The notes beneath the pieces are model-generated. The model saw nothing but the letters and a program-made list of their open reading frames with translations. It did no database searches and was not told where the DNA came from. 64,000 nucleotides of DNA from Octopus vulgaris (Eukaryota): the NCBI GenBank assembly GCA_951406725.2, contig OX597824.1:14322001-14386000 (forward strand), written 5' to 3'. Position numbers and translations under genes: made by a program. Positions within the stretch are counted from its first letter, which is position 1; each line of letters begins with the position of its first letter. Shown here in pieces: positions 47,701 to 60,472 of the stretch.

Positions 47701-48771
47701 ATCTGGCAGTGTTTCTACAGCATGATGCCCTTCCTAATGCCAACCACTCCGTGAGTGTAGTCGGTGCCTTTTACGTGCCACCGACACAGGGGCCAGGAGG
47801 GTGGCAATGGCCACAATCGGTTGGCGCTTTTTATGTGCCACTGGCACAGAAGCCAGCCAAGGCGGTGATAGCATCAGCCACATTCGGATGGCGCTTTTTA
47901 CCAGCCACCGGCATTCTTTTACTCTTTTACTTGTTTCAGTCATTTGACTGCAGCCATGCTGGAGCACCGCCTTTAATCGAGCAACTCGACCCCCGGGACT
48001 TATTCTTTTGTAAGCCCAGTACTTATTCTATCGGTCTCTTTTGCCGAACCGCTAAGTGACGGGGACATAAACACACCAGCATCGGTTGTCAAGCAATGCT
48101 AGGGGGACAAACACAGACACACAAACACACACACGCATATCATATATACGACGGGAGTGAGGGAGTCATTTTTACATAAGCACCAGCGTCGCCTTACTGG
48201 AACCTGTACCGGTGGCACGTGTAAAAACATTCGAGCGAGGTCATTGCCAGTACCGCCTGACTGGCCCTCGTGCCAGTGGCAAGTAAAAGCACCCACTACA
48301 CTCTCGGAGTGGTTGGCGTTAGGAAGGGCATCCAGCTGTAGAAACTCTGCCAGATCAAGATTGGAGCCTGGTGCAGCCATCTGGTTCGCCAGCCCTCAGT
48401 TAAAATCGTCCAACCCATGCTAGCATGGAAAGCAGACGTTAAATGATGATGATGAATACATTCGCATTTAAAATTACTGTATTTTTTTTTCTCCTCCAAG
48501 TGTGTGGCCGTGTGGTTAAGAAGCTTGCTTCTCATTCGTGTGGTCTTGGGTTCAGTCCCACTACGTGGCACCTTGGGCAAGTGTGTTCTATTATAGCCTT
48601 GAGCCAGCCAAAGCCTTGTGAATAGATTTGGAAGGCAGAAACTGAAAGACATGTATCTTTGTATTTGTCCCCCACCACCACCGCCAGTCGACCCCTGTTG
48701 GTTTGTTTACATCCTCATAATTTGGCAGTTCAATAAAAAGAGACTAGTAGAATATATACAAGACTTTTGAA

Positions 48772-49001
48772 GGCGGCGAGCTGGCAGACACGTTAGCGCG
48801 TCGGGTGAAATGCTAAGCGGTATTTCGTCTGTCGTTACGTCCTGAGTTCAAATTCCGCCGAAGTCGACTTTGCCTTTCATCCTTTCGGGGTCGATAAATG
48901 AAGTACCAGTTTCGCACTGGGGTTGATGTAATCGACTTAATCCCTTTGTCTGTCCTTGTTTGTCCCCTCTATGTTTAGCCCCTTGTGGGCAGTAAAGAAA
49001 T
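48772..49001 (+). mobile_element. Second tRNA-derived SINE family, representative copy; others at ~6783, 10270, 11492, 16173-, 28435-, 30470-31060, 53570-54160, 56004, 63628
   Basis: ggcggcgagctggcaga head, gagttcaaattcc B box, central gcctttcatcctttcggggtcgataaa...agtaccag (resembles the Meta/Sauria-SINE central domain, from memory). Confidence 0.8.
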
Positions 49002-50109
49002 ATATATACAAGACTTTAAAGTAGTTATTGAGGGCAGATTTCTTCAACTACACCCCAAAACAAGTAAAAGATAAACAAAAAAATGTGACGAAAAGCATCC
49101 ACCCCTTTCTTTACTACCCACCCATCCAAAATATCTCTGCTTCCAACATTGGTTGTTACGAGGTTATTAAAAGAAAGAAAAAAAACTCAAAATTTTAATT
49201 ACTTTTCCCTAACCTCAAATTTACTTTTAACTTTTTTTCATTTTTATTTTAGTTTGTGTGTAGGTGAGGTGGGGGGGGGTCACTGAACAAACATGGAGAT
49301 TATAAAGAAACTCTTCCACCCGTCCCCCATCCCCATTTTCTCCCAAATTTGTTTAATAATTTTTTTATTATTTTTTTTTTTTTTGGCCAAAAGCCTCCGT
49401 TTTCAGATATGGAGGTTCCGGAAAATTACCTAAAATCGACATTGTGAAATTCCCCACCCAATATTCTTCAATTTTGACTCCCCCCCCCCCGATACTAACC
49501 CTAACCGTAACTACAGAAATGTTTTGAAATTTTTGTCTGAATCATATTTTTCCGCATATTTAGAAAAAGAAAAAAATTCTTTAAAAAATATTTTATAAAA
49601 ACTTTTGGAAATGTTTTTTCAGAATCATAATGTCCAGATTTTTCCGCATATTTTGAAAAAAAAAAAAACAAAATTTCTGAAAAAAGTTTTTTTAAATGAA
49701 GGAAATCGGGGGGGGGGGGGGTTTAAAATGCCGCTTTTTGCTAATTTTTTGCAGATTCGTATTCCCCTTAGCCGAAAAGTGGGGTTTGTGTCGGAAAAAA
49801 AAATTTGAAAAAAAAAAAGGGGGTGTTTTTTTTGGCGGGGACGGTCGGAAGTCTTGCCGATTAGAATACTCTTTTACTCTGAGACCCGAGGGTCATGCTG
49901 GAGTATTGCCGAAAAGAAGAAAAAAAAAAAAAAAAAAAAAAAAAGAAGGAAATGTTTTCAAAATTTCCATGTCGATTGTCTTCCGACGATTTTCCATTTT
50001 CAATTTGATCATAAATCGAAAATGGTACCCAGTTTTTAAATAGATTAAAATTACACACAGCAGACAGGTACTGATATGATCTGACTCCTAGTCTCCACTA
50101 CTATCCTAC

Positions 50110-50192
50110 CTGATATGGAGGTTTGGCACTTTGTCTCAAGTTTCTTCATGCTTTTATTTTCAGTTGTGGGCAAATGTGAAGAACCGTGCCAC
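50110..50192 (-). CDS. Candidate upstream exon of the same gene (ATG at 50149: MKKLETKCQTSIS)
   Basis: Pyrimidine tract plus aag| acceptor, CAG|GTAGGA donor; the only open frame ends in phase 1 and joins exon 40349 in frame (G+TG=Val). Confidence 0.45.
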
Positions 50193-50217
50193 CTTCAAAA
50201 CGGAATATATAAAAATA

Positions 50218-50614
50218 CTAGCAGTATAGCCCGGCGTTGCTCGGGTTTGTTTCGACCCTTTAGAATTGGAATTCTTGAAAAGTAAAAGTAAAAATTTTGC
50301 ATTATGTAGCTTGTTATTCTCTTTAAGTGAACATTTTTCTGGTTGAAATGCACCGAAAAATGGCGACACAGCAGTAAAAAAAATCGTAAAATATAGGGAT
50401 TTTCATAGAAAAAAAGCACCTTTTTGATGTAAATAATTTTTGGTGTTAACATGGTCCGATTTGAATTTTTTCTTCTACCGACTGAAGAGCAAGCCTTCTT
50501 CTATCATACTCTCAATTTTGGTCAACTTGCGCCGCAGGGTCTCGGAGGAGATAGTGTTAGTTGAAGGCTACCAAACCTGCCATACACAGACAACTTCAGC
50601 TTAATATATAAAGA
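50218..50614 (-). mobile_element. Non-autonomous Helitron (related ends, different interior)
   Basis: On -: A|TCtttatatattaa ... cccgagcaacgccgggctatactgCTAG|T. Confidence 0.85.
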
Positions 50615-51295
50615 TTATGAACAGAGGTGTTGAATAAATCTTATTTTGATATTGCCGAATAGTGTCAATATTTCCATTTTCAGTTTGTGACCAACAAGCC
50701 AAAGGAATGCCGACTGAACCGTTTGCATTAATAAGGTTTAGAATCAACAAGTCTGAAGGTTTGATAGTGTTGGCTAAACTGAATAAATACATAGGAACCA
50801 GCCCTGCTTGGAAATACTGTTTGCATTTACTATCAGCAATATTTACTACCATCAACCACAGCCTCCTGACATCATCAGTCTCGAAGTCTGGTGTTTCACT
50901 AAGAGTACATACACTGCACTTGTCAGAAATATTTAGATGCCCGTCATTATAAAGAAGAATTTTGTCTTAACCATATATAGAGAGAGAAAAAAATGAAGAA
51001 GAGAAAATGAATTAACAAAAAAAAAAGTTAGAAAAAGAGGACATCAGAAACTTTGGAATCACCAGAACATATATAGACAGTTCTTATGAAAAGTATGTGA
51101 AGAAAGAAAGAATCCAAATTAGGAAAAAGAAAAAAAAAAAAGCACAAATAATTTGATGGAATTTCGGGCAACTTTTCAAACACAAATATCTTTCGTTTCG
51201 TTTCCTCACTTAAGCAAAATAAAGGCAAAGTCGTAAAATTTACTACAGGGGTGTGTAAAAGAAACGAGTTCCCTTTTAAAAGTTATGCAATTAAT

Positions 51296-51696
51296 GTCAG
51301 GTATACCTATAGAACAGAGTCGTAAATCATCTAGCGCGCCAAAAACTGTTATTTCTTCGGATTTGTATATTTTAAGCATCGTAGATTATGAATCTTTAAT
51401 CTATCTTTATTTTTTAGCAAGAGAGACCATTTACTGACATTTTTCTGTAACTGTTCAGTTTTGGCTTTTTTTTCATATTTCAGATTTATGTTTTAGGCAG
51501 GAGATGATTCTTCAAAATTATGATTTACATATATCTGAAAACAGAAAACATTTACAGAAAAGGGGATGTGATCCCAAATATCACCCCCTTTTTGCAGATT
51601 CGTAAAATCTAAGATGCTTAGAATATACGAATCCAAACAATTTACGGTTTTGGCGCACTAGATCATTTCCGACTCTATTCTACAGGAATACCTAAC
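51296..51696. mobile_element. MITE with ~100-bp imperfect TIRs
   Basis: gtcaggtatacctatagaacagagtcg... versus ...cgactctattctacaggaatacctaac. Confidence 0.75.
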
Positions 51697-51889
51697 GTGG
51701 TACCGTTAATGAAGATGGAGAGGAAGAGAGAGACAGAGAGCGAGCATCAACTGCAATAAAATTTTGTCGACTTTAAGATATGTAAAATATGAAGGGGGAA
51801 AAAAACATCTTAGAGAAAGACAGCAACAGTGGAAGAGTAATAAATAAGAAAATGGAAAATAATCCACTCGAAAGATTAGAGAAAAAACT

Positions 51890-52470
51890 ACTTACCAATA
51901 AACTAATATTTTTTGAAAGAGAAGCAAGATATTAAAAGACTTCTGGTAAACTTTGAGAGTAAAAAGTTATGGTGTGATGTGAAGAAGAAGTTGGTTGAAT
52001 AAGAGGCGACGTAATAAGCCAGCATCCAATGACTAAGTAGTAGAGAAATTAGCTTGGTTGTTGGTAGAATGTCTTAGGATGATGTATCCCTCTAGCTAGA
52101 AATATACTTTGTGTGTATTTTCATTTAACGATTTGCTTATAACCCACAAGATAGCCTAACGTTAATGAGACAGGCCTTCGTTTAAGAGGTTCCAACCAAT
52201 AATGTAAACAATTAGGTAGTTTACCTGCGTGTATATATGTGTGTATACGCACGTGTTTGAGTGCAATGTTTTTCTTCGAAGTTTCTTAAACTATGGTGAT
52301 GTTTTGACTGGTGGGAGAAAGGTAAAGAAAAAAAAAAAACTGAGAGAGGGCGAGGAGAAAATGAGGCGGAGAAGGAATGGGACGAAGGCCAGAAAAAGGA
52401 AGAGAAAATGGTCGAGAGTTTGTAGAATAGATAGAGAAAGAAAATGAGGAATGAGAGACTTAGTGAGAGT
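51890..52470 (-). other. Candidate non-coding 5' exon / promoter region of the unidentified gene
   Basis: Consensus donor TTG|GTAAGT with exon end at 51896; pyrimidine-rich, repeat-free sequence upstream on -. Confidence 0.3.
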
Positions 52471-54199
52471 CAAAAAGCAAGAACACGGTTGGGAACAATG
52501 TTACCAAATACGATGTTACTGTTTTTATTTTGAGAGTTTAGTGTCATCGTATACATGTACAGACTGGATGATACATGTCTGTGTGTGTGTGTATATATAG
52601 ATATATATATATACACACATACATATACATACACAGATTTTTAGCTTATTGTATACAGTGCTCAGGTGCACTACAACGTTATGTAAGTATGTGTGAGTGT
52701 GCAATATACACATATACTTACACACATAGCATAAACGTACATAATTCCCTTCACACACATACACTTGCATATAAATATATTATCATCTACACATACATCT
52801 ACTCATCCATCCATTCCATAGATACATATACAAGGTAATCTAGGAGTTCAATGTACCGTTTTCGCTTTTCGTAAAAATAGTTTTCGCTTTACCTTCGGAA
52901 ACTTTTAGCGTGTATTTTGTTAACTTTCACTTATAATAGTGTTTTGATCGACTTTTGGTACATATGAACCCGGTAGTGGCCAAGCACTAACCAAAAATTC
53001 TCCTTGTTAGGACGAGAAGAGACATGGGACAGAGAGTCGCAGGTGATGTCACAGAATGTGTGACGAACAAACTTTGACAGATGTATAAACTAGAAATAAA
53101 ATGAATAAAAATCAATGTAAAGATAAATAAAATGAGTGCGTGTGTTTAACTCTCTTTTACTTGTTTAGTCATTTTTTGCCGAACCGATAAGTTACGAGGA
53201 AGAAATATGTCAAGACATTCACACACACACACACACATCATCATCATCATCATCATTTAACGTCCGTTTTCCATGCTAGCATGGGTTGGACGGTTCGACT
53301 GGAGTCTGGGAAGCCAGAAGACTGCACCAGGCTCCAGTCTGATCTGGCAGTATTTCTACAGCTGGATGCCCTTCCTAATATATCATCATCATCGTTTAAC
53401 GTCCGTTTTCCGCGCTAGCACGGGTCGGACGGTTCGACTGGGGTCTGAGAAGCCAGAAGGCTGCATCAGGCCCAGTCTGATCTGGCAGTGTTTCTACGGC
53501 TGGATGCCCTTCCTAACGCCAACCACTCTGTGAGTGTATATATATATATATACTATTGTTCATTAGCAGACCAGGTAAAATACTTAAAGGCATTTTGTCT
53601 GTCTTCATGTTCTGAGCTCAAATCCCATCAAGATCGAATTTGCCTTTTATCCTTTCAGGTTTGATAAAATGAGGAGCAGTTAAGCACTGGAGTTGACTAA
53701 CACACAACTGCAAAATTGCTGGCCTTGTGCCAAAATTTGAAACCTTTATTATTGTTGCTGTTAAGGCGGTGAGCTGGCAGAAACGTTAGCACGATGGGCG
53801 AACTGCTTAGCTGTATTTCGTCTGCCATTACATTCTAAGTTCAAATTTCGCCGAGGTTGACTTTGCCTTTCATCCTTTCAGGGTCGATAAGTTAAGTACC
53901 AGAAACGCACTGGGGTCGATGTAATCGACTTAATCCGTTTGTCCTTGTTTGTCCCCTCTGTGTTTAGCCCCTTGTGGGTAGTAAAGAAATAGATATTTCA
54001 CCCGTCACTTTGTTCTGAGTTCAAATTCCGCCAGGGTCATCTTTGCCTTTCATCCTTTCGGGGCTGACAAATTAAGTACCAGTGAAACACTGGGGTCGAT
54101 GTAATCGACTAGTCCCCTGCCCCAAAATTTCAGGCCTTGTGCCTATAGTAGAAAGGATTATTGTTGTTGTTGTTGTTGTCATTGCAGTAGTAATCACTT

Positions 54200-54725
54200 T
54201 TGTACTTCCACTTTAATATCATCAAGGACCAGGGCCAAGATAGGGGCCTGAGACCCTGTTGGAAAGACGTCACTTGATTAGCAGCACTCTCTGTAGTATG
54301 GAAGCTGTTCGAAGCAGTGTGATCTTCTGGAATGCATAAATATTGATATTGCCCTGGTTATGGTTCATGAACATTTTCATTCCACTCATCATGAGCCCTA
54401 AGTCTTCCAAAAACCATTAGTATGGCTTCAGTCTTCGTATTCTACATCCTGGTGATTCCAATTTGCAGCTTATCTGTGACTTTCATGAAAGTATTTCTTT
54501 CAGAAAGAATTTCAACATCAATAAATACGCACCTCCTGTTCTTGTCCTTAATAACAATATCGGGTTTACTATCCATCAGTATATTTCTGGCCATATGCCA
54601 GAGGATGGTAGTGACCTCATTATTATCAGCAATCATGTCTGGCTCACGTTCATACCACTTCTCAGTTGTCTTGATTTTATATTTCCTGCATATCTTCCAG
54701 TGTAGTTACACCACTATCTTGTTAT
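54200..54725 (-). mobile_element. R4/Dong-like (restriction-like endonuclease) LINE 3' fragment
   Basis: TILW...KPDIVIKDKNRRCVFIDVEILSERN matches the RLE PD..D motif. Confidence 0.75.
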
Positions 54726-54882
54726 AATTGTGGACGTATTCAAATTTTTGTAGTTCCAGGCATCTTTGTAAGCCTAGTACTTATTCTATCGGTCTTTATT
54801 GCCAAACCACTAAGTTACAGGCATGTAAACACACCAACATTGGTTGTCAAGTGATGGTGGGGGAACAAACACAGATACACAA

Positions 54883-54942
<60 letters not shown>

Positions 54943-56467
54943 CAAATAAGAAACTGGAGAAACAAATTTAGTTTGTTCATTAACTTATGGATATTATAAT
55001 GTTAAATTATATATTCATTTTACAAATGAGAACATCAAAAGCACACAAAATATTATATAAATCAATAGATAAGATAATAATACAAATACAGATTTTAAAA
55101 GTCATATAAATTATTGAAATCCAGAAATTACTTCTTACAGCTGTTTCAGCCTATGGTCAAAACTGAATCTAATTTTCATTACCTATAGTTGTCAACATAC
55201 TAGGGTTGTAGGCATTTAAAAAAATATAATACTTATATGTTAAAAGAACCATAGGCTTTGTCATATATATATATCACGACGGACTTCTTTTAGTTTCTGT
55301 CTACCAAATCCACTCACAAGGCTTTGGTTGGCCCAAGGCTATAGTAGAAGACACTTGCCCAAGGTGCCACACAGTGGGACTGAACTCGGAACCATGTGGT
55401 TGGTAAGCAAGTTACTTACCACACAGTCATTCCTCAAAGGAGACTATATTCAAGCGTAACTTACTTAATTTATCGACCCCAAAAGGACGAAAGGCAAAGT
55501 TGACGCTCGCGGAATTTGAACTCAGAACATAGTGAAAGGTGAAATACCGCCAAGCAGTTTGTCCAGCGTGCTAACAATTCTACCAGCTCACTGCCTTAAC
55601 AACAACAATAATAAAGGTTTCAAATTTTGGCACAAGGCCAGCAATTTTGTGGGTGTGTGTTAAGTCAACACCAGTACTTAACTGCTCCTCTGATGTGGTT
55701 GATGGTTTCTTCATATTTCTTCATATTTCGTAGCCCACTCCAATTTATAGTTCACCAAGCTGTAACAGAGGAGCTTAACCCTTTTGTTACCGTATATATT
55801 TTGAGATGCTCTGTGTTTCTTTCATTAATTTTGAATAAAACAAAGAATTTAGTAAAATAACTTAGTTATCATTAAACTAGTGTTAGGAACATTAATTGTG
55901 ACTAAAGTTTGGTGGGAGATTTTAATTCAGAACTTTTGAAAACAAGACATTTGTACTACAGAGCCAGAGGCAGTTTCAGCCGGGTTGGTATCAAATGGGT
56001 TAGGGCGGCGAGCTGGCAGAAATGTTAGTACGCCAGGCGAAATGCTTAGCGGTATTTAGTCTGCCGCTACGTTCTCAGTTCATATTCTGCCGAGGTCGAC
56101 CTTGCCTTTCATCCTTTCGGGGTCGATTAAATAAGTACCAGTTACGCACTGGGGTCGATATAATCGACTTAATCCATTTGTCTGTCCTTGTTTGTCCCCT
56201 CTGTGTTTAGCCCCTTGTGGGTAATAAAGAAATAGGTATCAAAAGAGTTAAGACTGGTTGTCAGTGATAATACTAATAAACTAATAGGCGCAGGAGTGGC
56301 TGTGTGGTAAGTAGCTTGTTTACCAACCACATGGTTCTGGGTTCAGTCCCACTGCGTGGTATCTTGGGCAAGCGTCTTCTACTATAGCCTCGGGCCGACC
56401 AATGCCTTGTGAGTGGATTTGGTAGACGGAAACTGAAAAGAAACCCGTCGTATATATGTATATATAT

Positions 56468-56815
56468 AGTTAGTTAGTTAGTTAATTTGGCTCAAAAGCA
56501 AATAGCAAGGCCATGTAGGGGGACATGGAGTTAAGTACAGGGTGGTGTTCATGTAAAGAGTTCAGGCCACTTGAGGTCCAGGGAGGCTTTGAACAAAGCG
56601 GTCGTCGGCATCTTCACCATCTCATCTGGCAGCTTGTTCCACGGATCCGCAACCCGGACGGAGAAAGCTCCTCTCCTTCGATTGAGATGAAATCGTCGCA
56701 GGTAGAGCTTTTCGGAATGACCCCGCAGCCGACGCTCCGGAGCAGGAGTGAAGAACAGCTCTTTCGAGAGGTTACACTTCCCGCTTATGATGTTGTGGGC
56801 GAGAATGAGATCACC
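56468..56815 (-). mobile_element. CR1-clade LINE 3' end with (TAAC)n tail, inside a SINE
   Basis: LRGHSEKLYLRRFHLNRRRGAFSVRVADPWNKLPDEMVKMPTTALFKASLD is a CR1 ORF2 C-terminus. Confidence 0.9.
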
Positions 56816-57613
56816 ACGCGTTTGTGTGTCTGTGTTTGTCCCCCTAGCATTGCTTGACAACCGATGCTGGTGTGTTTATGTCCCCGTTACTTAGCGGTTC
56901 AGCAAAAGAGACCGATAGAATAAGTACTGGGCTTACAAAAAGAATAAGTCCCGGGGTCGAGTTGCTCGATTAAAGGCGGTGCTCCAGCATGGCCACAGTC
57001 AAATGACTGAAACAAGTAAAAGAAAAAAAAAAAAAAAAACTGACAACTTGGTCGTTATAGCAAGGACTGTATGTGACTTAGAGAAATTCCAGACATGGAA
57101 ACAAAACAGAGAATCAAGAGGTCTCAGAGCAAACTATTAATAAGTGATTTTACTGGACACATTCAGTTATGCATACACACACACACATATAACTATGTGT
57201 GCATGTGTGTTTGAGCGAGTGAGTTCATATATTTCCCCATATCTTCACATGCGTCCTCTGACTGTAAACAAAACCTCACTGTTTACACAGATGGTTTACT
57301 TTCTTTGCAAGTCCACTGCAAAAGCATGCCCAACCTTCCTGACAGGTATTGACATACTCTCTCTCTCTCTCTCTTTCTCTTTACTCTTTTACTTGTTCCA
57401 GTCTTCTGACTGCAGCCATGCTGGAGCACCACCTTTAGTCGAGCAAATCGACCCCCAGGACTTATTCTTTGCAAACCTAGTACTTATTCTATCGGTCTCT
57501 TTTGCTGAACCGCTAAGTTACGAGAATGTAAACACACCAGCATCGGTTGTCAAGCGATGTTGGGGGGGGGGGGACAAACACAGACACACAAACATATATA
57601 CATACATATATAC

Positions 57614-57649
<36 letters not shown>

Positions 57650-58641
57650 GACGGGCTTCTTTCAGTTTCCATCTACCAAATCCACTCACAAAGCTTTGGT
57701 CAGCCTGAGTAGAAGACACTTGTCACACAGTGGGACTGAGCCCAGAATCATGTTGTTGGGAAGCAAGCTTCTTACCAGACGGTCATGCAGTTTATTGAAA
57801 ATTTTTAAATTTGGTATATTAATGTAGTTTTCCAACAACAGAACATAGTATCGATGTATATGCTTGTATATAGAAAATATTTGTGAACACATGCTATCTC
57901 ACAGACAAAAGAGTTCTCAAGTTTGGCCTGTTGGTATGGAAACAGGCATATGTCTGTGGCTTACAATTGGCTAAAATTACCCAAAATTTTCAAACCGTAA
58001 ATGCTAAATACTCTTTGTTTATTGATTTATTGTGAAAATGAATTTCAAAGCAGTGATTAGCATATAAACCTATATCATTACACCAAATATGAAATCAATT
58101 CAAAGAGGAATTGAAGAGATTGAAAACTCCAGCCAAACCAAAAAGATCCAGAAGAGCTACTGTATTGATGTTGCCTAATAAAACAAAAATATCTGTCCAT
58201 TTTTCTACCCCTAATGACATATCATTTCCAGAGAATGCTTGATTCTTGTAATTACCTCCCCTTCACATTTGGAATTAGTCCTGACTGAAACTGGGTACTT
58301 GTTTGTCTTTCCTTGAGGCAATGACAGTTTCTATAAATCAATGATTAATTTTGTATGGTATCTAGTCTACCTTTATTCATCTTTGTTGTCCTAATTTGTA
58401 ACACTCCCTGCTCTAAGTTATGTCTCTTAGCTCATTTTTGGCAAGATATGCACAAACACACACACACACACATTCTTTTATTTGTTTCAGTCATTTGCCT
58501 GTGGCCATGCTGAAGCACCATCTTAAGGGGGTTTTAGCTACTTATTTTATCAGGCTGTTTTGTTGAACTGCTAAGTTATGGGAATGTAAACACACCAACA
58601 TCAGTTGTCAAGCAACAGTGGTGAGGGACAAACACACACAC

Positions 58642-58686
<45 letters not shown>

Positions 58687-60440
58687 ACAGGCTTCTTTCA
58701 GTTTCCATCTACCAAATCCACTCACAAAGCTTTGGTCAGCCTGAGTAGAAGACACTTGCCACACAGTGGGACTGAACCCAGAACCATGTGGTTGGGAAGC
58801 AAGCTTCTTACCACACAGCCATGCAGATACATGCATGCATACATAAATATGTATGTTTGAACTTTACATATATGCATACACACATACCCAATTACATACA
58901 TGCTTACATACACACACACACACACACACATACATGTACAAGTGTATCATTATTATCCTACCTTTTCTAACACCAACCACTTTATAGTGAGTACTTGTCA
59001 CCAGTGCACTAGAAGTGTCATCAGTGCTGGATTAAACATTAAGCAAAAATTTGATGTTCAAATCAAATTTGATGACTGGCATCCGTTGCTAGTGGAGCGC
59101 TAAGAGTACCATACGAGTGAGATCGTTGCCAGAGCTACAAGCTGGACTCCATTCGAGCGTGATTTTTACCTGCATCACCTTACTGGTACTTGTGCTGGTA
59201 GCACGTGAAAAAACATTCGAGCGAGGTCGTTGCTAGTGCCGCTTGACTGGCTCCTGTGCAGGTGGCACATAAAAAGTACCATTTGAGCGTGTCTACTGCC
59301 AGTACTGCCTGACTGGCCCTCGTGCCGGTGGCATGTAAAAAGCACACACTACACTCACGGAGTGGTTGGCATTAGGAAGGGTATCCAGCTGTAGAAACTC
59401 TGCCAGATCAGATTGAACATTGTAGGCATTTAAAAAAATATAATACTTATATGTTAAAAGAACCATAGGCCTTGTTATATATATATACATATATACACGA
59501 CGGACTTCTTTCAGTTTCTGTCTACCAAATCCACTCACAAGGCTTTGGTTGGCCCAAGGCTATAGTAGAAGACCCTTGCCCAAGGTGCTACACAGTGGGA
59601 CTGAACTCGGAACCATGTGGTTGGTAAGCAAGTTACTTACCACACAGCCATTCCTCAGAGGAGACTATATTCAAGCGTAACTTACTTAATTTGTCGACCC
59701 CAAAAGGATGAAAGGCAAAGTTGACCCTCGCGGAATTTGAACTCAGAACATAGTGACAGGTGAAATACTGCCAAGCAGTATGTCCAGCGTGCTAACAATT
59801 CTGCCTGCTCACCGCCTTAACAGCAACAATAATAAAGGTTTCAAATTTTGGCACAAGGCCAGCAATTTTGTGGGTGTGTGTGTTAGTCAACTCCAGTACT
59901 TAACTGCTTCTCTGGTGCAGCCATCTGGTTCGCCAGACCTCAGTCAAATCGTCCAACCTATGCTAGCATGGAAAGCAGACGTTAAACGATGATGATGATG
60001 ATGATGATGAAGCATGTGCTTAGAGCATCAAGGGAAGGAGGGGTCACCACAGAAATGGTAAATGGTTTACAACACAAAAGAAATCATTTAAAACATGCTA
60101 CAATAATATTAGAAGAGGTTCATATGATGGGAATATAAGTTCAAAGTGTTTGTGGCGTCAGAGTGAGGATCTGATCAAAGACATTGCAATTAAAAAAAAA
60201 AGTAGGGGAAAACTTCACCATTAGTTTTGTTTTGTTTTGAAAAATTAAAATCTATTTTATGAATTATTATTGTTTATATTTTGAATTACATAGGAGTCGC
60301 TATGTGGTAAGTAGCTTGTTTACCAACCACATGGTTCCGGGTTCAGTCCCACTGCGTGGCACCTTGGGTAAGCGTCTTCTACTATAGCCTCGGGAGTGGA
60401 TTTGGTAGACGGAAACTGAAAGAAGCCCGTCGTATATATG

Positions 60441-60472
<32 letters not shown>

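Noticed and set aside
49405-49860. ctaaccctaacc with C- and G-runs as an interstitial telomere or promoter
   Set aside because: Only about two units; more likely part of an unclassified repeat whose termini could not be defined
50865-50900. GAAAC...CTGATGA on - as a permuted hammerhead; also ctgatga at about 13404 and 29378
   Set aside because: No NUH cleavage site or supporting helices
50601-50965. ~120-codon open frame on - (KILLYNDGHLNISDKCSVC...)
   Set aside because: No recognisable domain or good donor; it ends in the Helitron and would stop a few codons later without it. Cannot be fully excluded as an exon
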